In this document: positions 15,174 through 24,141 of the stretch, piece by piece
How the letters are laid out: every line of letters begins with the position of its first letter
How positions within the stretch are numbered: position 1 is the stretch's first letter
Source of the DNA: Anaerolineaceae bacterium
GTDB lineage: Bacteria > Chloroflexota > Anaerolineae > Anaerolineales > Anaerolineaceae
Length of the DNA: 64,000 nt
Direction: 5' to 3'
NCBI GenBank assembly: GCA_038562455.1
Contig: JBCFBD010000007.1
Coordinates: 405-64,404 of the forward strand
Translations under genes and position numbers: made by a program
Notes under the pieces: model-generated
Database searches by the model: none
The model's input: the letters and a program-made list of their open reading frames with translations, nothing else
What the model was told of the DNA's origin: nothing

Positions 15174-15827
15174 TTATTTAATCAGGTTGGCCATTTCAGT
15201 GGGCAAGGAGGAGCACAGCTCAACCATACTGCCAAGTATCGGATGTTGAAAGGATAATTTGCTCGCGTGGAGCATTAGACGAGTGCCAGTGTCAGGGATC
15301 AATGCGCTTGTTTTACCATACAGGCTGTCATTGAGTATAGGATGTCCGATAGAAGAAAGGTGCACCCGTATCTGGTGGGTATATCCTGTTTTGGGATGAG
15401 CAGTGATTAGCGAGTAACCGGTAAATTCATTAATCAATCTGACTTTAGTGGAGGCGGGTTTGCCTTTGACCTGGTCGGCGATTGTGCGGTGATTGCGGTC
15501 GCCATTCACTCTCAATGGAATATCGATCGTCATTGTCTCGGTTGATAGCAAACCTTGTATGAACGCTTTGTATTCTTTTTGAACTTTTCGGCTTTCAAAT
15601 TGTACGGAAAGCGCTCGATGAACATCTGCACTTAGTGCGAAAATGACGATCCCGCTGGTATCCTTGTCCAGGCGGTGAACCGTCCACACTCGGCCGAATT
15701 GGCTGGTTAAGAGGGAGCGTAGATTGGGTAAACTGGTATCATATCCGTCCGGAATGGTGAGTAATCCGGACAGCTTTTCGACTGCAATAAAAAAGGGATC
15801 CTGATAAAGGATCTCCAGCGCGTCCAC
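15174..15827 (-). CDS. RluA-family pseudouridine synthase
   Basis: 217 aa with the catalytic motif HRLDKDTSG. Confidence 0.85.
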   Translation of the reverse strand: MDALEILYQDPFFIAVEKLSGLLTIPDGYDTSLPNLRSLLTSQFGRVWTVHRLDKDTSGIVIFALSADVHRALSVQFESRKVQKEYKAFIQGLLSTETMTIDIPLRVNGDRNHRTIADQVKGKPASTKVRLINEFTGYSLITAHPKTGYTHQIRVHLSSIGHPILNDSLYGKTSALIPDTGTRLMLHASKLSFQHPILGSMVELCSSLPTEMANLIK

Positions 15828-15833
15828 TAGGTA

Positions 15834-16673
15834 TTATTCGATGAAAAAGCTGGCGGCTACGACACCCGGACCAACATGCACAATGATTGCAGGGGGCAGG
15901 TCTGTGATTTGTACAGAATCAATCATGAGATGGTCCTCAAATTCCTTCTTCAGCGCTTCGGCATCTTCCATCGCATCAGCCTCCAGGATAGCCAGGTAGG
16001 AATCCGCACTCGCGAGGCATTCCTCTTTGACCAGTTCGACGATCCTTGCCAGTGCCCTTTTTTTCGTGCGCTGCTTTTCGAATGGATTGACTTGCCCATC
16101 CTTGAAAAGAAGGATAGGTTTAACCTGCAACAGGCTGCCCACCAAAGCTGTGGCTGTACCGATGCGGCCACCCTTGTGCAGATATTCGAGCGTGTCCACA
16201 TAGAAATAGATGCGCATTTTTTGGCCCAGCTTCTCTATTTGTTCAACGATAAAATCAGCAGATTTCCCTTCGTTCGCCCAAAAAAGCGCTTTCTTTACGA
16301 GCGTACCAAGGGCAGGGCCAATAGTCTGGGTATCGACTACACGGATATCAGCTTCAGGGAATTCAAGCGCAGCGTCTGCTGCGCTACGGAAAGTTCCGCT
16401 AACTTTTTGAGATGGGCAGACGACAATGATGGTATCATTTTGAGATGCAAATTTCTCATAAATCGGATGATATAGAATAGGCGGAGGTGCAGCCGTTTTC
16501 GGAAGTACCGGGGATTTTTTCAACTTCTCAAGGAACTCCCTCGTTGTGATTTCATTATCATCGCGGTAGGCTTTATCTTCAAAAATGATGATCTGGGGTA
16601 TGTAAGAAATCCCAAGCCTTTCTGCTTCATTTGGGGCAATCGTGGAAGTGGTATCAGCTACTATTCGAATCAT
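15834..16673 (-). CDS. DegV family fatty-acid-binding protein
   Basis: The MIRIVADTTSTI start has a GGAG RBS, and using it removes the overlap with the upstream gene. A DegV-like pattern runs throughout. Confidence 0.8.
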   Translation of the reverse strand: MIRIVADTTSTIAPNEAERLGISYIPQIIIFEDKAYRDDNEITTREFLEKLKKSPVLPKTAAPPPILYHPIYEKFASQNDTIIVVCPSQKVSGTFRSAADAALEFPEADIRVVDTQTIGPALGTLVKKALFWANEGKSADFIVEQIEKLGQKMRIYFYVDTLEYLHKGGRIGTATALVGSLLQVKPILLFKDGQVNPFEKQRTKKRALARIVELVKEECLASADSYLAILEADAMEDAEALKKEFEDHLMIDSVQITDLPPAIIVHVGPGVVAASFFIE

Positions 16674-16687
16674 CGCATTTCTCCAGT

Positions 16688-17299
16688 TTATAAGGAATTC
16701 CCGCAATTTGGGCAAAATTTTTCTGCTTGTTTAACAACAAAACCACAATTTTGACAGGTGGAAGGTTGAATATCCCCAAGAGGCGCGCCGCAGGCGATGC
16801 ACCTGGGTTCGCCTGGTGGGTTGGCGGTATTACAGTAATCGCACACATACCGGTTTAGTCGTTCTGAAAGTTCGAACCCGGAACCGAGTGAACGGGCAGT
16901 GCTGTCAATCACATTCCAGACATTATCGACCAACTGTACGTATTCGATATCCTGAGCGATGTCATCAAGGCGGTTTAGCAGGTTGAGCGGATTATGCAGT
17001 GCGGCGAGGGTGGATACACCCAGGCTGGCAGCAATTCCGAGCCAGGCTTGCTGGTTGACCGCCACTGCGACACCATCAGCGACGTTCTGCAGCGAAATGC
17101 TCAGAGCGGTTTTGCCGCCAGAGCGTGCATACGGTGAGGATGCCAGCTGGACCAGGAGACTGTCGCCTGAACCAAATTGCTGTACCTGAAGATTGCCATG
17201 AGAAAAATGTGCCACGATCGCCTGGGCAAGGTCGCGGTTGGATAGTTTGCCGTGATAAATTCGTTGAGGCATAAATGAATTATAATCAAAAAACGTCAC
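16688..17299 (-). CDS. Hypothetical protein with a C-terminal double zinc ribbon
   Basis: Four CxxC pairs: CDYC...CIAC...CQNC...CPNC. The N-terminal 140 aa are not recognised. Confidence 0.6.
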   Translation of the reverse strand: MTFFDYNSFMPQRIYHGKLSNRDLAQAIVAHFSHGNLQVQQFGSGDSLLVQLASSPYARSGGKTALSISLQNVADGVAVAVNQQAWLGIAASLGVSTLAALHNPLNLLNRLDDIAQDIEYVQLVDNVWNVIDSTARSLGSGFELSERLNRYVCDYCNTANPPGEPRCIACGAPLGDIQPSTCQNCGFVVKQAEKFCPNCGNSL

Positions 17300-17320
17300 T
17301 CTAAACTCAATGGAGAAGTA

Positions 17321-17944
17321 ATGGCAATTCGCAAGTATAAGTGGTGTCTAATTACAATATACGCGACTACCCTGATTTTGGTTGCATTCACGTTTACGAT
17401 ACCCAAAAAGGTAATGGCTCAGCAGCCGACAGGTTCGATTCCTACTGTCACCGGTACGCCAAAAGGGATCACGGCAAAGATTAAGATCGGTGTCACAGAG
17501 GACCAGGTCAATGTAAGATCAGGCCCAAATGTACTCTATCCTGAAATTGGTGTCATTGTTTTAGGTGTTGAGGTTCCTGTGGTGGGCAAATCGATGGGTG
17601 GCGATTGGCTGGTGATTGAATATCCCGGGGTGCCTGGAGGAATCGGCTGGGTCTGGGCTTTTTATATGGATGTAAGCCCAGGTGAGTTGAAAGTTGTAGA
17701 AAACCCTCCATCACCGGTTCCTATTACAACAGTGACAATTGATCCCACGATGGCAGCGCAATTCATCACAACGCCCGAGGCGACACGCTTGCCGACATTT
17801 ACCCCACCGCCTCCCTTGACAATCCCAACATATGAGTCCTCGACCGGACAGGAGCTTGGGGGTGTACCCATCGGATTGATCATCGTCATCCTTTTGGTAT
17901 TAGGCACGTTGATGGGTTTATTCTCATACTTTCAGTCGCGATAA
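17321..17944 (+). CDS. Bacterial SH3 domain membrane-anchored protein
   Basis: N-terminal TM/signal segment, SH3b-like VNVRSGPNVLYPEIG...GDWLVIEY, a Pro/Thr linker and a C-terminal TM. Confidence 0.6.
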   Translation: MAIRKYKWCLITIYATTLILVAFTFTIPKKVMAQQPTGSIPTVTGTPKGITAKIKIGVTEDQVNVRSGPNVLYPEIGVIVLGVEVPVVGKSMGGDWLVIEYPGVPGGIGWVWAFYMDVSPGELKVVENPPSPVPITTVTIDPTMAAQFITTPEATRLPTFTPPPPLTIPTYESSTGQELGGVPIGLIIVILLVLGTLMGLFSYFQSR

Positions 17945-17962
17945 GCGGGTAGTGGGTCATCC

Positions 17963-18415
17963 ATGGATATCAAGATCGTTGCCAAGAACCGCAAAGCTCA
18001 CTTCGAATATTTCATTTTGGAGACCTTTGAAGCGGGTATCTCGCTTAAAGGGTCTGAGATCAAATCGATCCGGGCAGGGCAAGTGAGCCTACAGGAATCT
18101 TATGTACAGGTGGATGCCAGTCAGGCGTGGCTGATGAACTCGCATATCGCCTCCTACCAGGCGGCCAGTTATTCTGATCACGATCCGAAACGACCGCGAA
18201 GGCTGTTGCTGCATAAAAAAGAGATCCGCATCCTGCATGCTGAGGTTAAACAGAAGGGCGTGACGGTTGTACCGGTAAAAATGTACTTGAAAAATGGCAG
18301 GGCCAAGGTGGAAATTGCCATTGCCAAGGGCAAGAAACTCTATGACAAGCGGCAGGATATTGCCAGCAAAGACCAAAAACGTGATATCGACCGATTCATG
18401 AGCGGAAAAGACTGA
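17963..18415 (+). CDS. smpB: SsrA-binding protein
   Basis: 150 aa. NRKAHFEYFILETFEAGISLKGSEIKSIR is the canonical SmpB pattern. Confidence 0.95.
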   Translation: MDIKIVAKNRKAHFEYFILETFEAGISLKGSEIKSIRAGQVSLQESYVQVDASQAWLMNSHIASYQAASYSDHDPKRPRRLLLHKKEIRILHAEVKQKGVTVVPVKMYLKNGRAKVEIAIAKGKKLYDKRQDIASKDQKRDIDRFMSGKD

Positions 18416-18416
18416 C

Positions 18417-19121
18417 ATGATCTCCAACGCCTGGTTATCAATGGTTGTCACGCTTGTTCTTTGCATCGTTTGGATGAGAATAATTAACTTGTTTACAGAT
18501 CGACAAGTCATCGGAAGGTCTTTTTCACGTAAATTGATCCACATAGGAACTGGCCCAATATTTGTTTTATGCTGGATGCTTTTTCCGGATAAGAACATCT
18601 CAAGATACCTGGCAGCCCTGGTTCCCTTTCTGATTGCCCTGCAACTGTTTCTGGTTGGAAAAGGGAAGATGCAGGATCGCACTTCCATACTGGCGATGGC
18701 CAGGAGCGGAGAAAAATCCGAGTTATTGAAGGGACCGCTGCTTTATGGCATCGTTTTCGTGTTAATCACAGTTTTCTTCTGGAAATCGATACATGCGGGT
18801 GTGGCACTAATGATCCTGTGCGGTGGGGATGGCATTGCCGATATCGCTGGTAACCGGCTTAAATCACCTCGATTACCTTGGACGAAGAGCAAGACAGTCG
18901 CAGGATCGATTTCTATGTTCCTCGGCGGAATTCTCCTGGTATTGGCGATTATTGTATTGGTAAGGGGAAATTTTCTTATTCATTCGAGTGTCGAAGACAT
19001 CATTTTGCCTCTTATTTTGATTTCATTCCTGGCAACATTGGTTGAATCCTTCACGCCGTCGGATTGGGATAATTTATCGGTAACGGGGGTTTCACTGGTG
19101 TTTTCACTTATACTACTGTAA
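18417..19121 (+). CDS. Polyprenol/phytol (dolichol) kinase or CDP-alcohol-type cytidylyltransferase family membrane protein
   Basis: 234 aa and multi-TM. GGDGIADIAGNRL and KTVAGSISMFLGG resemble the CTP-dependent kinase family. Confidence 0.5.
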   Translation: MISNAWLSMVVTLVLCIVWMRIINLFTDRQVIGRSFSRKLIHIGTGPIFVLCWMLFPDKNISRYLAALVPFLIALQLFLVGKGKMQDRTSILAMARSGEKSELLKGPLLYGIVFVLITVFFWKSIHAGVALMILCGGDGIADIAGNRLKSPRLPWTKSKTVAGSISMFLGGILLVLAIIVLVRGNFLIHSSVEDIILPLILISFLATLVESFTPSDWDNLSVTGVSLVFSLILL

Positions 19122-19131
19122 AAAGGAATCT

Positions 19132-20652
19132 ATGAAAATAGACCATCTCCACGATATTGCCATAAGCGATGTGATCAACGTTGCGATCGAAAAAGTTAGT
19201 ATCGATCTTACGGCGGGGACCCTTGAAGCGGTTACAAAGTCTCACGATACCGTTGAAGCGATCATAAAAAAAGGAAAACCTGTTTATGGAATCAATACGG
19301 GATTCGGTGTTTTTGCGGATCGGACTATCGACGAATGTTCAATTCAAAAGTTGAATCGAAACTTGATCGTTAGTCATGCTGTAGGAACCGGTAACTCTTT
19401 AGACGAGCAGGTAGTACGGGCTGCCATGTTTATCAGGGCAGTTACATTGGCGAAAGGATATTCCGGGGTGCGGCCCGAGATCATCCTCACTTTGCTTGCC
19501 ATGTTAAATCGAGGCGTTACACCGGTTGTACCTGAAAAAGGCTCATTGGGTTCTTCAGGAGACTTGTGCCAGCTTTCTCATATGGCGCTCGTACTGTCAA
19601 AAGACGAACAAGACCTAGAACACGAATCGGGCCGGGCATTGTACGAAAATCTCGAGATGAGCGGTAAAGCTGCTATGTCACTGGCTGGAATTGAAAGAGT
19701 CATCCTCACCGCAAAAGAAGGCCTGGCAATCAACAATGGCGCAACTTTTTCTGCCGCATTGGGAGCATTGGCAGTCTACGAAGCAGCGTACCTGGTTAGA
19801 GTTGCAGAGATTGCTGCTGCCTTATCAATGGAAGCGTTGTGCGCACGCTCGGACTTTCTTGATCCTAGAATACATGCTACGCGTAGGCAATTAGGACAAA
19901 TTCAATCGGCTATTAATATTTCAAAACAACTCAAAAATAGTACTCTGCTCGATTCGTTGTCTCAAGTACAGGACGCATACTCGCTGCGCTGCGCTCCTCA
20001 GGTGATCGGAGCAGTTCGCGACACAATAGAATACACCAAAACCATTGTCGAACGCGAGATCAACGCGGTTACCGATAATCCATTGATCTTTGAAAATGAA
20101 CAAGCCATTTCCGGCGGAAATTTTCATGGGGAACCGGTTGGATTGGTGATGGATTATCTTTCAATCGCATTAAGCGAGCTTGGAGCAAATTCCGAGCGCA
20201 GAAGCTTCAGGTTGACTGACGAAAATTTGAGCAATGGCTTACCACCGATGCTTGTCAATAACACATTATCTGCAGGGTTGAATTCAGGATTGATGCTGCC
20301 TCATTACACCGCGGCTTCACTAGTCCTGGAAAATCAAACCCTCGCCACACCGGATTCCATTCGCTCACTACCCACTTCGGCCAACCAAGAGGATCACAAC
20401 TCCAACGCCATGACCGCCGCCCGGCATGCCTATGAGATTGTTGGCAACCTAAGACAGATCCTGAGCATCGAATTATACGCTGCCGTGCGTGGAATCGAAT
20501 TGCGTTTAAAGGTGAATAATGGTAGATTAGGGGACGGTACTGGAGCGACTGTGGAAAAGATGAGCAAGATCATCCCGTTCATCCAGGGTGACACCCTGTG
20601 GGGCGAAGAGATCGCCAAGGTTAATCGATTGCTTAAAGAGCACAAAATATAG
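19132..20652 (+). CDS. hutH: Histidine/aromatic amino acid ammonia-lyase family enzyme
   Basis: 506 aa. The MIO region is GSLGSSGDLCQLSH, with NGATFS and QEDH also present. Substrate is not determinable. Confidence 0.75.
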   Translation: MKIDHLHDIAISDVINVAIEKVSIDLTAGTLEAVTKSHDTVEAIIKKGKPVYGINTGFGVFADRTIDECSIQKLNRNLIVSHAVGTGNSLDEQVVRAAMFIRAVTLAKGYSGVRPEIILTLLAMLNRGVTPVVPEKGSLGSSGDLCQLSHMALVLSKDEQDLEHESGRALYENLEMSGKAAMSLAGIERVILTAKEGLAINNGATFSAALGALAVYEAAYLVRVAEIAAALSMEALCARSDFLDPRIHATRRQLGQIQSAINISKQLKNSTLLDSLSQVQDAYSLRCAPQVIGAVRDTIEYTKTIVEREINAVTDNPLIFENEQAISGGNFHGEPVGLVMDYLSIALSELGANSERRSFRLTDENLSNGLPPMLVNNTLSAGLNSGLMLPHYTAASLVLENQTLATPDSIRSLPTSANQEDHNSNAMTAARHAYEIVGNLRQILSIELYAAVRGIELRLKVNNGRLGDGTGATVEKMSKIIPFIQGDTLWGEEIAKVNRLLKEHKI

Positions 20653-20664
20653 GTATTAATAAAA

Positions 20665-21762
20665 ATGGTAAAAATTAATCGTAGAAATTTTTTAAAGTTG
20701 GGTATTTTTGGACTCACCGCGACCGCTTTAGGAAATATCCATCAAGCAGATGCGTATTTACCTGAATTTCCACAAGGTCAGCGTCTTGGAAGGACATTTT
20801 ATACTGTTGATATTAAAGCCAAACCTGATCCAGAAAGTGCGACTGTTAAATCGGTTTTTAACGACAATGTTCTTGTCATCGTGCGTGAAGTGATCGGTAA
20901 ACCCTATACAAGTTATTGGAAGAAACGCATCTGGTATGAAACACCAGAGGGGTACATCCCTGCAATCAGCGTGCAACCTGTACAAAATCTCCCCAATAGT
21001 CCATTTATAGAATTACCCACTTATGGCAACGCTCCAGGCATGTGGGTGGAGGTGACCGTCCCTTACGTGGATATATACCTGGATGGCGCTGCAGCAAAAT
21101 CCCCCAGACTGCAAGAGACGATCGACCCGCGTTTTTATTACTCCCAGGTGCTATGGGTAGATAGCATTACTACCAATACCAACAACGAAATCCTTTACCA
21201 TGTGACAGAGAAACACGGTTCTTACGGTGATGTATTCTGGGCTGATGCGAGGGCTTTTAAACCAATCACCCCTGAGGACATTTCTCCTATTACACCCGAG
21301 GTTTTAGACAAGAAAATCGTCGTGGATGTTAATCACCAGACAATGTCTTGCTTCGAAAACGGTCAAGAGATACTGTTCACACGTGTTTCCACCGGAGCAA
21401 AATACAATTACGAGGGGCAACTGGTGGATGCATGGGCAACTCCGGCAGGCGACTATCATTCTGTTAGTCGCAAGTACATCTCTCTGCACATGGCAGGCGG
21501 TGATACGAAGGCTTCTGGTTACGAAGAATTCGCAGTCTCGTGGAATTCAATATTTGCCACAGGTGGTGTAGCGATTCATGGAACATACTGGCATAACAAT
21601 TACGGTGAGATGCTCTCTCATGGTTGTGTGAATGTCGAGCCTGAAGTCGCAAAATTTATTTATCGCTGGACACTACCGGTAACACCTTATTTTGAAGGCG
21701 TTCTGGAGATCCAGGATTATTCCGGTACAGACGTCCAGGTCATCGATCGGGATGCCAGTTAG
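20665..21762 (+). CDS. L,D-transpeptidase (YkuD) family protein with a Tat-type signal
   Basis: RRNFLKLG twin-arginine signal and the catalytic motif HGTYWHNNYGEMLSHGCVNV. Confidence 0.8.
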   Translation: MVKINRRNFLKLGIFGLTATALGNIHQADAYLPEFPQGQRLGRTFYTVDIKAKPDPESATVKSVFNDNVLVIVREVIGKPYTSYWKKRIWYETPEGYIPAISVQPVQNLPNSPFIELPTYGNAPGMWVEVTVPYVDIYLDGAAAKSPRLQETIDPRFYYSQVLWVDSITTNTNNEILYHVTEKHGSYGDVFWADARAFKPITPEDISPITPEVLDKKIVVDVNHQTMSCFENGQEILFTRVSTGAKYNYEGQLVDAWATPAGDYHSVSRKYISLHMAGGDTKASGYEEFAVSWNSIFATGGVAIHGTYWHNNYGEMLSHGCVNVEPEVAKFIYRWTLPVTPYFEGVLEIQDYSGTDVQVIDRDAS

Positions 21763-22752
21763 GTGATCAAAAGCATAATGCGCTCATTAACCCTCTATTA
21801 TTCTGATCTCCCCGAACAAAAACAAATCACAAAGGAAATCCAAATCCTGTGCGATAACTTGGGTGTGCTGTTCGTTGATCTTTGCATTGACAATAATGTG
21901 GAGTTACAAAGACGATTTGGTAAACAGGCTCCAGTTGTGTTGATCGGTCCATATCGCCTCAATTCACCCTTTACTCTTAGCGAAGTTGAAGTTGCCGTTA
22001 AAGCCACCCTACAGCAAGATGAAAACGTATCCGATCCAGTGGATGCCAGTAGAAGATTCACAATGACGAGACAGGAAAAGTTGGCGATGTGGTTTTCGAA
22101 AAACTACGCCTGGGTCATCTCAGTCATAATCCTGGTATTCCTGGGATTCTCTGCCCTGCCACCAGTTCTGGCTGCGAACGGAAATTTCGGTGCAGCGAAT
22201 GCTGGTTACAAATTTTACTCGTTCGTATGTCACCAGCTTGCATTTCGATCTTATTTTATTGAAGGTGAACAAGCTGTTTATCCCAGGGAATTGGCGCAAA
22301 TCCCAAAACTCATTACTTACGAAGAATTCACTGGACAATCTTCTGGGGATATCGTTTTTGCGCGCGGATTGATCGGTGATGAGGTGATGGGCTACAAATT
22401 AGCGTTATGCCAGCGGGATGTGGCTATCTATGCGGGACTTGGTTTATTTGGTCTTTTTTTTCACTTTTCGGGAAGAAAGATTAAGAATTTGCGTTGGATC
22501 TACTGGTTGATCATATCCGTCATCCCCATCGCGATCGATGGCGGATCTCAACTGCCAGGGCTCTCAGCAGGTTGGCCTGCCTGGCTGCCGAATCGTGAGA
22601 GCACACCATTATTACGGACTCTCACAGGCGGCTTATTTGGTCTTGGAACTGCATGGTTTGTTTTCCCACTGATGGAAGAAAGCATTCGTGAGACGCGTTT
22701 TTCACTGGAACGCAAGTTAAATATATCAAAAAGGTATTCAAGCCGGCAATGA
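21763..22752 (+). CDS. Glutaredoxin-like (Cys-less) N-terminal domain fused to a DUF2085 membrane domain
   Basis: 329 aa with a GTG start directly after the upstream stop. CHQLAFRS and multiple TMs are typical of DUF2085. Confidence 0.55.
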   Translation: MIKSIMRSLTLYYSDLPEQKQITKEIQILCDNLGVLFVDLCIDNNVELQRRFGKQAPVVLIGPYRLNSPFTLSEVEVAVKATLQQDENVSDPVDASRRFTMTRQEKLAMWFSKNYAWVISVIILVFLGFSALPPVLAANGNFGAANAGYKFYSFVCHQLAFRSYFIEGEQAVYPRELAQIPKLITYEEFTGQSSGDIVFARGLIGDEVMGYKLALCQRDVAIYAGLGLFGLFFHFSGRKIKNLRWIYWLIISVIPIAIDGGSQLPGLSAGWPAWLPNRESTPLLRTLTGGLFGLGTAWFVFPLMEESIRETRFSLERKLNISKRYSSRQ

Positions 22753-23534
22753 GGCAAATTACTGCAATCAATCGGCTACAGTATCTCACACCTGATTTTC
22801 ACCCATTTGACAATATTGTCTGCGGATTTTTCACCAGGTCTGGCGGGGTTAGCCCTAATCCTTTCAAGTCCTTGAATATCAGTATATCTACAGGGGACAA
22901 TCTCGATAACGTGGTAGAAAATCGCGACAGGATATTCCATGCAATCGGAAGACCTGTTTCATCGATGTTCGATGTCTGGCAAACACATAGTGATGTCATT
23001 GTTTGCACGGATAATCCGCGCAGTGTAAACGCAGAACTACAAAAAGCTGATGCGATTTTTACCCGCAACCCGGATGTAACCCTGATGATGCGGTTTGCAG
23101 ATTGCGTGCCGATCCTCATTTACGACCCTGTGGAGAGCGTGGTTGGCATAATCCACGCTGGCTGGCAGGGTACGGTAAATGAAATTGCTGCAAAAAGCAT
23201 CCGTATGATCGTCAGTAATTATGGCTGTAAAGCCGAAAACATCCACGCAGTAATTGGCCCATCTATTGGTCCGGACCACTACGAAGTCCGAGAAAATGTG
23301 GTAAGGGAAGCAAGGCGTGTATTCCAGAATGATGAGCAGATCATCAACACTCGCGGAGATCAATACTTTTTTAATCTGTGGCAGGCTAATCAACAAGTGC
23401 TGTCAATGGCTGGGGTTTCAAATGTTCATCAGACTGAAGTGTGTACAGCCTGTGATACTGAAAGTTGGTTCAGTCATCGGGCAGAATCCGGAAAGACTGG
23501 CCGATTTGCCGCGGTCATCACTTTAGCACAGTAA
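22749..23534 (+). CDS. pgeF: Peptidoglycan editing factor PgeF (YfiH/DUF152 laccase-domain protein)
   Basis: 261 aa. ADCVPILIYDP, HAGWQG and CTxCD...FSHR are present. Confidence 0.85.
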   Translation: MRQITAINRLQYLTPDFHPFDNIVCGFFTRSGGVSPNPFKSLNISISTGDNLDNVVENRDRIFHAIGRPVSSMFDVWQTHSDVIVCTDNPRSVNAELQKADAIFTRNPDVTLMMRFADCVPILIYDPVESVVGIIHAGWQGTVNEIAAKSIRMIVSNYGCKAENIHAVIGPSIGPDHYEVRENVVREARRVFQNDEQIINTRGDQYFFNLWQANQQVLSMAGVSNVHQTEVCTACDTESWFSHRAESGKTGRFAAVITLAQ

Positions 23535-23568
23535 AAAATATAAGGAACCCTGAGATATAATTACCATT

Positions 23569-23823
23569 ATGACAATAATAAACTTAGCAATCCAAATCGT
23601 AATTCAAATCATCACTTTCGTCGTGATCGCCCAAGCGATCAGCACTTTTTTCCTGCCACCTGGTAACCCGGTACGCGATAAATTGGATCAGCTGGTCAAC
23701 CCTGTACTGAATCCCATTCGAAGAATTGTGCCCACCATCGGCAACTTTGATTTCAGCCCAGTCATTTTGATCATTCTACTCCAGGTAATAGAGTACTTCC
23801 TTTTACGATTAACCACGTTATGA
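23569..23823 (+). CDS. YggT family membrane protein
   Basis: 84 aa with two TMs and a DFSP motif. Confidence 0.7.
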   Translation: MTIINLAIQIVIQIITFVVIAQAISTFFLPPGNPVRDKLDQLVNPVLNPIRRIVPTIGNFDFSPVILIILLQVIEYFLLRLTTL

Positions 23824-24140
23824 CTCAACCTCGGCATTTCCGACTGCATGATGGTAAATCAGGTTCAGCCATCACGATCAGAGTGACGCCGAGAATGGCA
23901 AAGAACGAAATTTATGACATTTTGGATGATGGTACTGTAAAAATTCGCTTGACTGCGCCGCCTGTAGATGGGAAAGCAAATCAAGCGCTCTCCCGATTCT
24001 TAGCCGAGGTGCTGGATGTTCCAGTAACTTCGATAGAAATCATTGCAGGCTTAACTGGGCACGACAAGATTGTATCAATACTAAATCTGAAAACTGACCA
24101 GGTTCAAGCAAGATTATTGAAACATTTGGCAAAGAAATAG
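23820..24140 (+). CDS. DUF167 (YggU) family protein
   Basis: 106 aa. VTPRMAKNEI...RLTAPPVDGKANQAL is present. Confidence 0.8.
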   Translation: MTQPRHFRLHDGKSGSAITIRVTPRMAKNEIYDILDDGTVKIRLTAPPVDGKANQALSRFLAEVLDVPVTSIEIIAGLTGHDKIVSILNLKTDQVQARLLKHLAKK

Positions 24141-24141
24141 A

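Noticed and set aside
16861-16890. GTTCGAACCC T-loop-like string
   Set aside because: It lies inside the zinc-ribbon CDS, and no acceptor or anticodon stems can be built around it. It is not a tRNA.
13322-18688. Long antisense ORFs within hppA (13322-13873), degV (15876-16475) and smpB/kinase (18089-18688)
   Set aside because: Each is opposite a confidently identified gene with strong family motifs, and none has recognisable motifs or an RBS.
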